Positions 55,001 through 64,000 of a DNA stretch of 64,000 nucleotides are shown here, piece after piece. Origin of the DNA: Callorhinchus milii (Eukaryota). A model generated the notes under the pieces. The model did no database searches. It saw nothing but the letters and a program-made list of their open reading frames with translations, and was not told the origin of the DNA. A program made the translations under genes and the position numbers. Within the stretch, counting starts at the first letter, position 1; every line of letters starts with the position of its first letter. Location: the NCBI RefSeq assembly GCF_018977255.1, contig NW_024704742.1, positions 62,250,001 through 62,314,000 of the forward strand. Reading direction: 5' to 3'.

Positions 55001-56325
55001 ACCCGCACATTCGGCCACCCTCTACCCCTACCTTCCCTGCTCAGGTACAAATCCCTGACTGTCCAGCACCTTGGGATATCCTCTCGGCATGAAAGGAGCT
55101 ACACAAATGTAATTTGTTGTTGTTATGGGTTCAAGCCCTAAAGCCAGGACTTTGAACTCAGTGTTTAGGCTGACACTTCAATGCAAGGCTTGGGGGAGCG
55201 CCTCATTGTTGGATGACTGGTCCTTTGTATGAGATGTTAACTGAGGTACTTTCAGGTAGACACTGAAGATGCCATGCTACTACTCAAAGAGAAGGGAGTT
55301 ACTCACAGTGTTTTGGGCAGCAATCCCCCCAGATAAAATTGGTCATTCAGTTAATGTCTGTTTGTACTACATTGCTGTGCACAAATTGGCTGCCAAGTTC
55401 ACCTACAAGATACAGTCACTAGACTTTACAGTAAATGTTGTCAAGTGTATTGAGGCATCCTCCCAACGTGAAAGGCAATTTTAGATAGATATCTAAATTA
55501 ATTTTGATAATTATGGGAAAAGACAGGATTCCTGATCAACATCCTCCTGTGAAGTACACATTTACTGTGAGGCATGAGGTAGGGTTTGGCTCAGTGCTGA
55601 CGCTCCCCCTATGGTCAAAGGTTTTGTCAATGCCAACTATCTAAGCTGATGCATGAAGAATGATTGCTTGGGCAAGGTACTGAAGGTTTGCTGCCACCTT
55701 TGGAAAAGAACCTCAGCAAGAGTCAGCAACATCCAGAGAAAAGGGGAATATAGGAAGGGGGAGGGGGGGGGGGGGGGAAGAGGGAAAGCAATGCTTAATT
55801 GCAGAAATGCTTATTAAAAATAAACAAATTACAATTCAGGATAACAATAGCAATTTAAGTTAACAAGGGTACTCACTCTTCATGTCTCAAGTCATTAATA
55901 CTTCGGTCCAGAGAGATCATATCACTAGCCACCATGTTGAAACCAAACTCTTTGATACTTGCTTGAATGGTGTCTTTATACTCAGGACCCAATACAAAAG
56001 GCTTTGCTCCTTCTCCAGGACCACCGATAACACCAGGAGGTTCTGGCTCTTTGGGCTCAAAGTTCCCCAGGACACCATACCTCAGCACAGGATCCGAGTA
56101 AACATGTTTCTGTGGTTTGAAGGTGAGGTACTGTTTCTGTATTGCATTTTGTTGGTTATTGCCACCAGGTTGTGGTACATTTTTATTTTTCAGTCGAATA
56201 GATTCTAAGTCTACTTCCACTCCTTCAACGTGAGGCCAAGGAACAACAGGCTGAAATCTGTCATTGCCAAGAATATGTCCATTACCTTGAACGTTTGGCA
56301 GGTGGTTGTTGATATCTCTTCCTGG
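3919..56325 (-). CDS. GALNT7: Polypeptide N-acetylgalactosaminyltransferase 7, exons 2-12 (multi-exon, 5'-partial; exon 1 outside window)
   Basis: Spliced translation gives [52 protein letters not shown] motif [23 protein letters not shown] and a C-terminal ricin-type lectin domain ending [11 protein letters not shown]. Exon lengths 449+167+131+80+183+118+123+219+99+129+138 = 1836 nt, in frame. Confidence 0.97.
4770..5310 (-). mobile_element. L2-clade LINE 3' fragment
   Basis: Reverse complement resembles the 25690-26580 element and ends in the same 3' tail type. Confidence 0.7.
5365..5493 (-). CDS. GALNT7: GALNT7 exon 11 (129 nt; lectin domain)
   Basis: tttcag|CTG TTT CGA ... TTC AAG|gtaaat; [43 protein letters not shown]. 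Confidence 0.95.
6290..6770 (+). mobile_element. Deu-domain SINE interrupted by a minus-strand SINE tail (~6540-6605)
   Basis: Deu-like core ttggatgagagattaaa...gtgtcctggccaaca; embedded reverse tail cttgcatttgatatagcg. Confidence 0.6.
7278..7376 (-). CDS. GALNT7: GALNT7 exon 10 (99 nt; lectin domain)
   Basis: tttcag|ATC AGA GGT ... AAC CAG|gtaacg; [33 protein letters not shown]. Confidence 0.95.
7475..9230 (-). mobile_element. CR1 LINE 3' portion (RT and 3'UTR), internally deleted and interrupted by an L2
   Basis: ORF 9006-9227 IEFFDEV..VDVV.MYFQKAF..VP..RL..K...G.KG..A.WIQNWL..R.QRVVVN is CR1 RT-like; tail atagaatc..acagcacagaaggaggccatt. Confidence 0.85.
8390..8925 (-). mobile_element. 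L2 3' fragment nested in CR1
   Basis: (caa)n end plus atagcgcctttcgcgtcaggaggatgtccc tail; CR1 sequence resumes on both sides. Confidence 0.8.
10027..10245 (-). CDS. GALNT7: GALNT7 exon 9 (219 nt)
   Basis: ttacag|AAT TAT GTC ... GGA GAG|gtaaat; [23 protein letters not shown]...[12 protein letters not shown]. Confidence 0.96.
12454..12576 (-). CDS. GALNT7: GALNT7 exon 8 (123 nt)
   Basis: gtgtag|ATT TGG CAA ... TTG AAG|gtctgt; [41 protein letters not shown]. Confidence 0.95.
12983..14200. mobile_element. Non-autonomous hAT/Charlie-like DNA transposon remnant carrying an L2 fragment and a CT-rich tract
   Basis: Termini caggatggtccaa / ttggaccacgatg; 8-bp TSD atctagag (12975-12982) / atcgagag (14201-14208); related left end at ~47777. 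Confidence 0.65.
13560..13922. repeat. CT-rich low-complexity tract
   Basis: Degenerate (CT)n/(CTCA) repeats. Confidence 0.9.
14770..14887 (-). CDS. GALNT7: GALNT7 exon 7 (118 nt; Gal/GalNAc-T motif WGGEN)
   Basis: tcacag|A TCC CCT GCC ATG ... TAC AAG|gtaatg; [39 protein letters not shown]. Confidence 0.96.
15250..15880 (-). mobile_element. Deu-domain SINE, interrupted by a MITE
   Basis: Tail aataatccttgcattt at 15250, reverse Deu-like core at 15430-15550, head remnant after 15817. Confidence 0.6.
15559..15809. mobile_element. hAT-type MITE (~250 bp)
   Basis: TIRs catagggtctccaac / gttggagacccctg; 8-bp TSD gcctggac (15551-15558) / gcctagac (15810-15817). Confidence 0.75.
19084..19266 (-). 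CDS. GALNT7: GALNT7 exon 6b (183 nt; alternative homologous exon)
   Basis: ctgcag|A ACT GCA TGT ... CCG TAT CG|gtaatc; [60 protein letters not shown]; phase 2/2. Confidence 0.93.
19435..19617 (-). CDS. GALNT7: GALNT7 exon 6a (183 nt; alternative homologous exon)
   Basis: tttcag|A ACT ACA TGT ... CCT TAT CG|gtaatt; [60 protein letters not shown]; no stops, phase 2/2 (not in ORF track). Confidence 0.92.
20057..20136 (-). CDS. GALNT7: GALNT7 exon 5 (80 nt; DXH metal-binding motif)
   Basis: tttcag|GTG TTA ATA ... GAC AG|gtaacc; [26 protein letters not shown]. Confidence 0.95.
20770..21141 (+). mobile_element. tRNA-derived SINE, long variant
   Basis: A box gtagtttagtggttagagc, B box gggttcgattccc, tail gcgctatatcaaatccaaggattattatt. 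Confidence 0.85.
21230..21458 (-). mobile_element. tRNA-derived SINE, long variant, 3'-truncated
   Basis: Reverse complement of the 5' part of the 20770 element. Confidence 0.75.
21551..21681 (-). CDS. GALNT7: GALNT7 exon 4 (131 nt)
   Basis: ctgcag|TT CAT TTA ... GGA CAG|gtacag; [43 protein letters not shown] (not in ORF track). Confidence 0.95.
22291..22605 (-). mobile_element. tRNA-derived SINE, short variant, full length
   Basis: Head GGAGTCCTGTAGCTCAGTGGTTAGAGC...GGTTCAATTCC, tail ATCAAATGCAAGGA(TTA)n. Confidence 0.9.
24163..24329 (-). CDS. GALNT7: GALNT7 exon 3 (167 nt)
   Basis: ttccag|G TGC AAG TAT TGG ... AAC AAA G|gtaata; [55 protein letters not shown]. Confidence 0.96.
25690..26580 (+). 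mobile_element. L2-clade LINE, 5'-truncated (ORF2 C-terminus plus 3'UTR)
   Basis: ORF 25760: LNVSKTE...VRNLGVLFD...[34 protein letters not shown], then frameshift; ends cccgacgtgaaaggcgctttacaaatg...(tgtat)n. Confidence 0.9.
27810..28105 (+). mobile_element. CR1 LINE fragment
   Basis: Similar to 35820-36090 (LYKTLVR.H.. and tgacctaatagaag..aaaattat.aa.gg). Confidence 0.75.
34680..36390 (+). mobile_element. CR1 LINE, 5'-truncated and degraded ORF2 (RT) with 3'UTR
   Basis: [24 protein letters not shown]...[26 protein letters not shown], (F)[16 protein letters not shown]; stops and frameshifts; tail gggccgaatggcctgtttctgtgctgta. Confidence 0.92.
36905..37150 (+). mobile_element. tRNA-derived SINE, long variant, partial
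   Basis: ggcgaaacct...caagtttccttactc...tattctgtgaagcgctttgag. Confidence 0.75.
37464..37868 (-). mobile_element. tRNA-derived SINE, long variant
   Basis: Reverse complement of 20770-21141 type; partially duplicated tail. Confidence 0.85.
40031..40560. mobile_element. Putative old MITE with ~30-bp imperfect terminal inverted repeats
   Basis: 40031-40060 aattgtcgtaaaactcgcataagtcttatc vs reverse complement of 40531-40560 aaatgcagtaaaactcacatacgtcatatc (24/30). Confidence 0.5.
41520..41808 (+). mobile_element. L2 3' fragment
   Basis: ctctggaactccatccc...gacgtgaaaggcact...aaatgtaattt. Confidence 0.75.
43760..44548. repeat. Complex (TG)/(TC)/(TGAG) microsatellite tract
   Basis: ~790 bp of degenerate tgtgagtgtct repeats. 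Confidence 0.9.
46041..46070. repeat. (TA)n microsatellite
   Basis: Perfect TA repeat. Confidence 0.95.
48290..48726 (+). mobile_element. L2 3' fragment
   Basis: [23 protein letters not shown] coding remnant plus L2 tail. Confidence 0.8.
51412..51895 (-). mobile_element. CR1 3' fragment
   Basis: ORF 51636-51896 [32 protein letters not shown]...TRGH.FK; CR1 tail. Confidence 0.85.
51980..52290 (+). mobile_element. Deu-domain SINE, partial
   Basis: ttggatgagatgttaaactga...caggtagatgttaaaga; (att)n tail. Confidence 0.6.
52785..53118 (-). mobile_element. tRNA-derived SINE, long variant with internal deletions
   Basis: Head gagtcctgtagctcagtgg at 53118, tail (aat)n at 52785. Confidence 0.85.
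54655..55485 (+). mobile_element. Deu-domain SINE with an L2 fragment (~54700-55123) inserted in its head
   Basis: Head ttggcttagtagcactctcacctctgaatca | L2 | gggttcaagccc...Deu-like core. Confidence 0.6.
55877..56325 (-). CDS. GALNT7: GALNT7 exon 2 (449 nt; stem region and start of catalytic domain)
   Basis: ttttag|CCA GGA AGA GAT ... CAT GAA GA|gtgagt; encodes PGRDINNH...[18 protein letters not shown]...[12 protein letters not shown]. Confidence 0.93.
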
Positions 56326-57057
56326 CTAAAATGAAAAGCATATGATATAAACAATTAAAAACATATACTATCAATTATTTCACATTAATATATGCGATGC
56401 AACAAATACTGTGGAGAAACTATAGGGAACTGCATAGTGCATCTTAAATGGCTTGTCTCTTGATTGGAACTCCTTTAGTCGTGCTTTCAGCCACTATGCC
56501 CCGAAGCTCTGGAACACTCTCCCTCAATGCCCTCCGCCTTGGCCCCTCGCTCCTCTTTTTCCAAGTCCCACCTGAAAACCTTCCTTTTCGACTGTGTTTA
56601 TGGTCACCTCCCTCCAGCTCGGAATCAGGCTCCGCCACTGTTGAGCACTCTAAGACACTACCCTGTGTGGAGGGTACTATATAAGTGCAAAGTGGTATTG
56701 TTGCTGTTAGACTATATAACAAATTATTTGGAGCAAAATTTGCTCCAAATTATCGAATTTATATAAACATAAACTTTGAATATGATTATGTTCAGAGCCC
56801 AGTTTACTTTTGTCTTATACATGCATTTGTTACAAGAATTCATTTTGCACCAAATCGAGATTTACAGTGGCACTTCTCAGCCAATTGTAGCTTCACATTC
56901 GAATTTGCAGACATTTTTCTATATTACTCATTCAGAGAACCGTGCATACAACTGCAAGATTCTGTGGTTTCATGGAATTACACAGAATGATACAGCACAA
57001 AAACAGGCCATTTGCCCACTATTATAGGCCATGTTGGTGTTTACACTACACAAATGT

Positions 57058-57375
57058 GGAGTCCTGTAGCTCAGTGGTTAGAGCAATCGCCCTGCAAGTG
57101 AGACACCTGGGTTAAATTCCAGGCAGGGAGAAACCTTGGGCAAGTTTCCTTACTCCACACGCCTAATAATAATCCCTCCAAAAACAAAAAAAATAATAAA
57201 TTGGTCATTTTCAATCCACGACTGTTTGTGGGATACTGCTGTATGCAATTGGCTGCCATGTTTCGCCCACAAATATACGGTCAATTCACTTTACAGTCTA
57301 TTCCGTGAAGCGCTTTGAGACGTCGAGAAGACGTGAAAAGCGCTATATCAAATGCAAGCATATTATTATATTATA
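57058..57375 (+). mobile_element. tRNA-derived SINE, short variant, full length, inside a minus-strand CR1 tail
   Basis: ggagtcctgtagctcagtggttagagc...gcgctatatcaaatgcaagca(tta)n; aaatg on both sides. Confidence 0.9.
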
Positions 57376-60069
57376 TAAATGCCTCCACTGGTCATATTGC
57401 CCTCTATTCCCTTCTCCCTCAAGTATACAAGTTCCCTCTTTAATACATTGGCATTTATTGCTTCAACCACAGGTTCTGACAGTGAATTCCACATACTCAG
57501 CATAAAGAAATTCCTCCAAACTACCTTTTTGATCTGCTACTAGATATCTTATATTTATGACCCCCTCGTTTTGGACTCACCAATATGTGGAAATAAGTAT
57601 CAACATCCACTTTATCAAACAATCTTAAACCCCTCCAGCAGATCCTCTCTCAATCACGTCACATCAACCCTTCCGCCATTTTTGTTGTTGTTGCCTCTTC
57701 TCTCCCCTTTTTCAAGTCCCACCTGAACACCTTCCTTTTTGGCTGTGCTCACGGCACCACCACCCCCACCCCACCCCCACTGGCTCGGAGTCAGGCTCCG
57801 GCGCTGTTAAGCGCTCTGCGCAGAGGGTGCTATATAAGTGCAAGTTGTTGTTGATACTAGTCAGAAAAGCTCCAACCTGTCCAATAGCCTTATCAATTCA
57901 TCCTTGGTAACACATCCTTGTAAATTTATACCATACTCTCGCCAATGCTCCAGCATTTCAAACAGTTACAATTGAAACATTTTGGCTGGCAAATGCTCTG
58001 AAGTGTGAACTTTATGTTTTATTCCAATACAATACTACAGTATATTCTGTGAAGCACTTTGAGAAGTCTAGAAGATGTGATAAGGTGTTACATCAAATGC
58101 AAGGAATATTATTATTATAAGAGGCTTGAAAGAAATAGTATCATCTGCATATATCATTGTAGAAGAAAACAAGTTATCAAAAAAAAGTATTAAAAACCAA
58201 ATCAAAATAAATCTTAGGTTAAGCATATGACGAATTTTTATGAACTCATTTAAACTGGAAAGAGACTAAGCCAATAATAATTCCTTGTCTAAAAAAAAGA
58301 TTTTTACAGTAACAATAAGATCATTCAAAATTTTGCACTGCCAAACGAAGATCAAGATTTTATTAACTGCATATTATATTTCTAAATGTTATTTGCTGGA
58401 TGCTCTTGATAATATATTACAAGTTACAGAAGTCGCCAATCTCTCTTGATATGTGTGGGGGCCAGAATCTCTTGCAATATGAACATTGATGAAACTAAAG
58501 CACCTTGTTGTATAATGGGATTGTTCATCCAGACAGATTGCTGAAGAGGGTGGAACTGAGACACCAGATAAGGAGGTGATAATGGTAAAGTGATTAGTCC
58601 TTTTGACTCTGAAAAGACGGACTAATCATCAGAAAGGCAAAATACTGCAGATGCTAGAAATCTGAAATAAAAACAGAACTCACTGGAAACACACAGCAGG
58701 TCAGGCAGCATCTATGGAGAGAGGAAAGTAAGTCAACGTCTCAGGTCAATGACCTGGCTAAAGGCTAAATTGATCTTTAGTGGTAGAACCAGATAACATT
58801 AATAATACAATGTCAGCTAGTAGGATTGCTAATTAATATTCCAGTAACAATCACAGGAGTCATAACAAGAGGTTGATTTATGACTTTAGGAAGCCCAATT
58901 ACTGGAGCTCTGGAACAATAATTTTTAGGAAGGCTAATTTTTAGGAAGGCAAGCAACTGCATCTACTTCGAGCAAAATTTGTTTAGTGTAACTTCCTTGA
59001 TTCGCTTATTTTGTTGTGAGCCGGATTGGGGGTGGAGGGGGAGACAGAGACAAAAAGGATAACAAGTTAAATTAGATGTGGAATGGGAAATAAAATAATC
59101 TACTTACTTTATAATGGTGTAGGGATGTGTTATAAGCATATTTGTACCTTTTAATATGTTTTTGAAACTCTGTCCAGCGCCTTGGGACGTCCTCCCGACG
59201 TGAAAGGTGCTATACAAATGTAATTTTGTTGTTGTTTTCTTTTAATAACAAAACCTGCAAAAATTGCATTTTAATGGGGAAGACCCACAAGTGAAAGGTG
59301 GGAGGAGGTGGCTGAGCAAGAGTGAGAGATGGGACAGAGGGGAAGATAGACAGACAAAGAGGGTGGAAATGGAAACTTTTCTTTAAAAAAGTTAGACTAC
59401 AGAACTGTATAAAAACAGTTCAGTCGATTAATTTAGATAGCAAGCTGCAATACCTGCCTCTAATATATGAAAAAATACAGCCAATCAGACCTTATAGCAG
59501 TTATACACACATGAAGAAGGGTACACGAGGGAGTAAATGGAGGCAGGTGGCACATAAACAAGTTGTGCCCCAAGGCCAATTTCAGTGCTGTACAATCTAT
59601 GTAAATACCCTATTTGAAACTGGAGCACTTCCCATTTCCAGAATAATGCAGCAAAGGACCATGATAATCTTCACAGAGTGGTATTAAGCAGGTTCTATAA
59701 GACTTTAGGTATATTTAGTTGGACATTGGTTTGTGTGGAAGTGAATTACATTGAAATCTGCTTATTTTTCCACACCAATTTTTAATCTATCCTGCTGTCG
59801 CACTGTTGAACAAACCTTGTACACGTTGATATGTAACATAAATAGCAACAATTCAATAATCAATACAATAAGAATAACAGGTAGTTATATGATTAGGAAA
59901 TACAACCATGTTGTTTGATAGAATGCATCAGCAGGGAGAAAATTATATGAGCTTTCAAACACAATATAGCACATTCAAGTGACTTTAGCACAAAATAAGA
60001 ATCAATATGCAGAAGCAAAATACATTAAAATGTATAATTGAACTGAAAAGAGTTCTCCTGTCCCAATTC

Positions 60070-60295
60070 TAGCTGTTGTTGCTCAGTGGTTAGAGCTCTC
60101 GCCTCGCAAGTTAGAGACCTGGGTTTGATTCCCAGCAGGGCGAAATGTTAGGCAAGTTTCCTTACTCCAAATGCCTCTGGTTATCTAGTAGTAAGTAGGA
60201 ACCTGGTTGTTAGTTGATTGGTGGATTGCTTTTCTGCGAGGAATAATTCCTTCAAAAAAAATAATAACAATAAATTGGTAACTCAATCCAAGACT
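60070..60295 (+). mobile_element. tRNA-derived SINE, long variant, 3'-truncated
   Basis: gctcagtggttagagc...gggtttgattccc...aaattggt. Confidence 0.75.
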
Positions 60296-60714
60296 GACAA
60301 AAGCAGAGATTAACAGATATAGTTTTTTTTTTAAAAATCACAAAATCCAATTAGTTTTCTAGTTCTCTGCTTTGATTCTAGAATGTGGTTCCACGGGAGC
60401 TGGGTACCCTCTGGTACCCTCTGGTACCCTCTGGTACTTTCGCAGCATGCAACAGCTCACTCAACCATAAGGGGTAGTTAGTAGGAACCCCTCTCTTTTT
60501 GGTAGGGATTTTTACCCTGGAAACCAATCCGACTAACAACCAATAACCAACTAATCGACTAACAAACAAGTTCCTACTAACTGCTAATTAAACAGATGTG
60601 TGGAGTAAGGAAACCAGCATCAAATTCTCTCTACTTTAGTCAGTACATCAACTAAAATTGGATTCAGTAGTCACCAGTCTCATTTAACAAAGTTGGTGCC
60701 TTTCTGCTTGCCAA

Positions 60715-61560
60715 TACAACAATAAAAAAATTACATTTGTATAGCGCTTTTCACAGCGGGAGGACGTCCCAAGGCGCTGGACAGTCAGTGTTTCAGACCC
60801 GAGCTGAGGGTCGGGTTTGGGGAGGGTGGAGGCAGGGAAGCAGGGAGATCGAAAGCACGGTCGAAGAGGAGGGTCTTGAGATGGGTCTTGAAGGAGGCGA
60901 AGGAGGCAAGGGAGGGGGCGAGGTGGAGGGACTGTGGGATGGAGTTCCAGAGGGTGTGGGCAGAGTGGCAGGAGGCCCACTACCAACGTTGGGGCGGGCG
61001 AGGCGGGGGACATGAAGCAGGCCGGAACTCGCTGAGCGGAGGGAGCGGGCAGATGGTAGGGGGAGCGAGGTCATGGAGGGCTTTGAAGGTAAGGACCAGG
61101 ATCTTGACTGTATCCTCTGTGCGATAGGAAGCCAGTGGAGTCGGCTGAGGATGGGGGTGATAGGGTCACGTAGCCTGGTGCGGGAGAGGACACGGGCTGC
61201 AGAGTTCTGGATGATCTGCAGCCTATGGAGGGAGGAATTGGGAGGCCGACAAGCAAGGAGTTTGCATAGTCAAGCCTTGATGTTATAATAATAATCTTTA
61301 TTATTACAATTCTAAATATGAATTATTATTAATATATAGTATTATTATAATTATGAATGCGTGTATGAGGTTTGGCGGCCTGCGGTGTGAAACAATGGCG
61401 GAGTCGGGCGATGTTGCGGAGGTGGGGGAAGGCAGAACGGGTCATGGCATGGTAGGAAGGATAGTTGAGGGTCAAACAAGAACCAAGTTTCTGGACTGGC
61501 TTAGCAAGGTGGAGTGTGCATCCATGGATGGTGATACTGTCAGCGTCTGAGATGAGCATG
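60715..61560 (-). mobile_element. L2 3' fragment interrupted by an AT-rich insert (~61280-61350)
   Basis: ORF 61329-61598 [26 protein letters not shown] matches the 25760 element; L2 tail at 60730-60780. Confidence 0.85.
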
Positions 61561-62238
61561 TGAGATGCTTCCTTATTGCTGTGCAATGATACTTGCAAAC
61601 ATTTGCTTCATTAGCATTTTTTAAAATTCCCTGATGCCTGTTGCACAATGAAGTGCATATTATCTTTGCACTTTTATGCCAAGATGTAATATCATTTATC
61701 TACTCAATTGCTAAGAGACCAAACAATATTTCTTACTTCTAAACTTCTGCATTTTCTGAAATGTTGTCTACAAGCATAAACACTTTATTAACAGAATACT
61801 CAATCTAATTAATATTATAAATAGCAGCAATCTCAGTGGCAATCACTGTTGGTCACGGCTGATTTTATCTAGCCAATGAATCATCCAATTTGCAGTTTCA
61901 TCTTCGATACTAATTTATACTTTAGATTCAAACTTCCTGTGAAAACATTTATCAAATGTTCTTGAAATAAAGGTACCTATCATTTTCCCCGGTTGTATCC
62001 CCATTTCGCCCACATAATGCAGTCAATTCGCTTTACACTATATTCTGTGAAGTGCTTTGAGATATCTCAACGACGTGATAAGGTGCTATATCAAACGCAA
62101 GCTTGGTATTATATGATCACATAATTTCAGGGGGGTTTTTTAGGCACTATTTCCCTTTCACAAATTCATGGTGGGATGGATTCATTGCCCTGCACTCCCT
62201 CGTCTCTAGGACTCTGCTTCCAATTAAAATATTGCACT

Positions 62239-62745
62239 ATAATAATAATAATAATCCTTGCATTTGATATAGCGCTTTTCACGTCGGGAGGACGTCCCAA
62301 AGCGCTTCACAGAACACACTGTAAAGTGAATTGACTGTAATAATAATAATAATAATCCTTGCATTTGATATAGCGCTTTTCACGTCGGGAGGACGTCCCA
62401 AAGCGCTTCACAGAATATACTGTAAAGTGAATTGACTGTATATTTGTGGGCGAACGCGGCAGCCAATTGCGCACAGCAATGTCCCACAAACAGTCGTAGA
62501 TTGAAAATGACCAATTTATTATTGTTTTGGGTTTTTTGGAGGGATTATTATTAGGCGTGTGGAGTAAGGAAACTTGCCCAAGGTTTCGCCCTGACTGGAA
62601 TTGAACTCAGGTCTCTCACTTGCAAAGCGAGTGCTCTAACCACTGAGCTACAGGACTCCACGAACTCCAGCAATGTCCCACAAACAGTCATGGATTGAAA
62701 ATGACCAATTTATTATTGTTTTTGGTTTTGGAGGGATTATTATTA
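62239..62745 (-). mobile_element. tRNA-derived SINE, short variant, with duplicated tail and duplicated middle segment
   Basis: Full copy 62340-62659; extra tail copy 62239-62339; extra body copy 62668-62745. Confidence 0.85.
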
Positions 62746-64000
62746 AATGTAAAAAGGTATTGATTAAACCAGTCTTAATTTGTTTGTTGTTATTATGAAA
62801 CTAAGTAACTGAATTTTATAAATATTTCTCTCTTGTTGCTGTATCTATCCTTTTCAACTTGAGTTTGTAAAAACAATTTTAGATAAACATAACTGAAATA
62901 TTTTGCTACTGCCCCATCCTTGGCTGCTGCCTGCTGATATACGCATAGATCGAAGGCAAAGCAGTTCTGGACACTTTGCTGAGTCAGAAACATGTGACTG
63001 TCATACAGCCCTACGTACTGCACCTCTGAGATGAATCTCTTGGTTTCAAAACTGTTATTCAGTCAATTTTTAAACAATATTCCTGTTCTCCAAGCAATCA
63101 GCTAATATGTTTCAAGTTTTATGTGCGTCATTTTCTTATGTTTTGGTACACCAGTAGATCCCACAGGATTTAGAACAAAAGGAACATTGCCTCCAGCTCA
63201 GAAGAGAGAAAGTGAGCAGTCAGTGGAGGCTTAATTATTTTTACAAAGTGGTGAATAATTGTAATGTACTGTTCAGAAGACAGTGGAGGTAAATTATGTC
63301 AACAAATTCAAGAGGGAGTTAGATAGCTATTTTGAAACTGTCCTTCGGGACTGCACTAAGAAAGGATGAAAGACACACATTCTAATCTCTCTTCAATGAT
63401 AGCAAAATTGCAATGCAGGTTAAGCTTGTGGCGTATAAGAAGTGTCCAAAAAGTTGTCATTCATATTTCAGAACTCTTTGACCTTTTACAAAAGGGTTCC
63501 TTTGATTGCTTTGCAAAGTTCTATGCCAAGCAATGAGGTGTATTTATGGTAAAAAGGGAAGGTACCAACAAGGAAGGAGGGCTGTGGCTTGTAGTGGAGA
63601 ATCTACGCTACCAACCTGTACACACAGTGTGTTAGGCCCTGGGCCTCTCTTGCTGTTTGCTCGACACTGCGACTGTGGGCAGAGTGGCTCCGGATTGTTT
63701 CACAAAATGCGTCTCTCAATAGAACCAATTAACCCATCTGCAATTTCCTGCAAAATCTACCAAATTTCGACAAAAGCCCCGCAATTTTAGGCAAACATTT
63801 CCACACTCTTCTATTGGTCCAGATAATGATCAACTCGCGACTATTCTCCTTTGGGGTGACATAGGCAAGGTCTCCTTGGGGCTAAGCTCCCTAATTGAAT
63901 ATCCAAATCAAATCCATCCAGTGGTCTCAGTCAACCAGTTGTTGAACCAGGCCGGTGTGTAACCTAAAGCACTGTTGATGACTGACCAATCAGTCTGACA

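Noticed and set aside
56318..56327. Alternative exon-2 acceptor ccag|GAAG 4 nt downstream
   Set aside because: It would shift the frame relative to the expected phase-0 junction; cannot be tested without exon 1.
57058..57130. tRNA gene-like sequences (also ~20770, 22540-22605, 53060-53118, 62590-62659)
   Set aside because: These are SINE heads continuing into SINE body and tail; they are divergent and dispersed.
58591..58628. Hairpin tgattagtcc...ggactaatca as a pre-miRNA
   Set aside because: The stem is only about 10 bp plus weak pairing, too short for a miRNA precursor.

Overview
AT-rich, retroelement-dense vertebrate genomic DNA. The repeat content (CR1 and L2 LINEs, Deu-domain SINEs, an abundant tRNA-headed SINE with an (ATT)n tail) suggests a cartilaginous fish, possibly a chimaera; this assignment is inference. 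The window holds almost all of one minus-strand gene, GALNT7 (polypeptide GalNAc-transferase 7). Exons 2-12 span 56325 down to the stop at 3919, followed by a candidate 3'UTR of up to about 1.7 kb. Exon 1 was not found and presumably lies beyond 64000. Every exon has AG/GT boundaries, and the phases join into one 1836-nt open frame when a single exon 6 is used. The most notable feature is a tandem pair of intact, homologous 183-nt exon-6 copies (19435-19617 and 19084-19266; 46/60 aa identical) in the catalytic domain. They are separated by a 168-nt intron with a 128-nt AG-free zone and a repeated GCATG motif, which is the architecture of mutually exclusive exons. The introns are otherwise filled with nested LINE, SINE and hAT-type insertions. 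Exon numbers follow my recollection of the mammalian gene. TE boundaries are approximate and read by eye.
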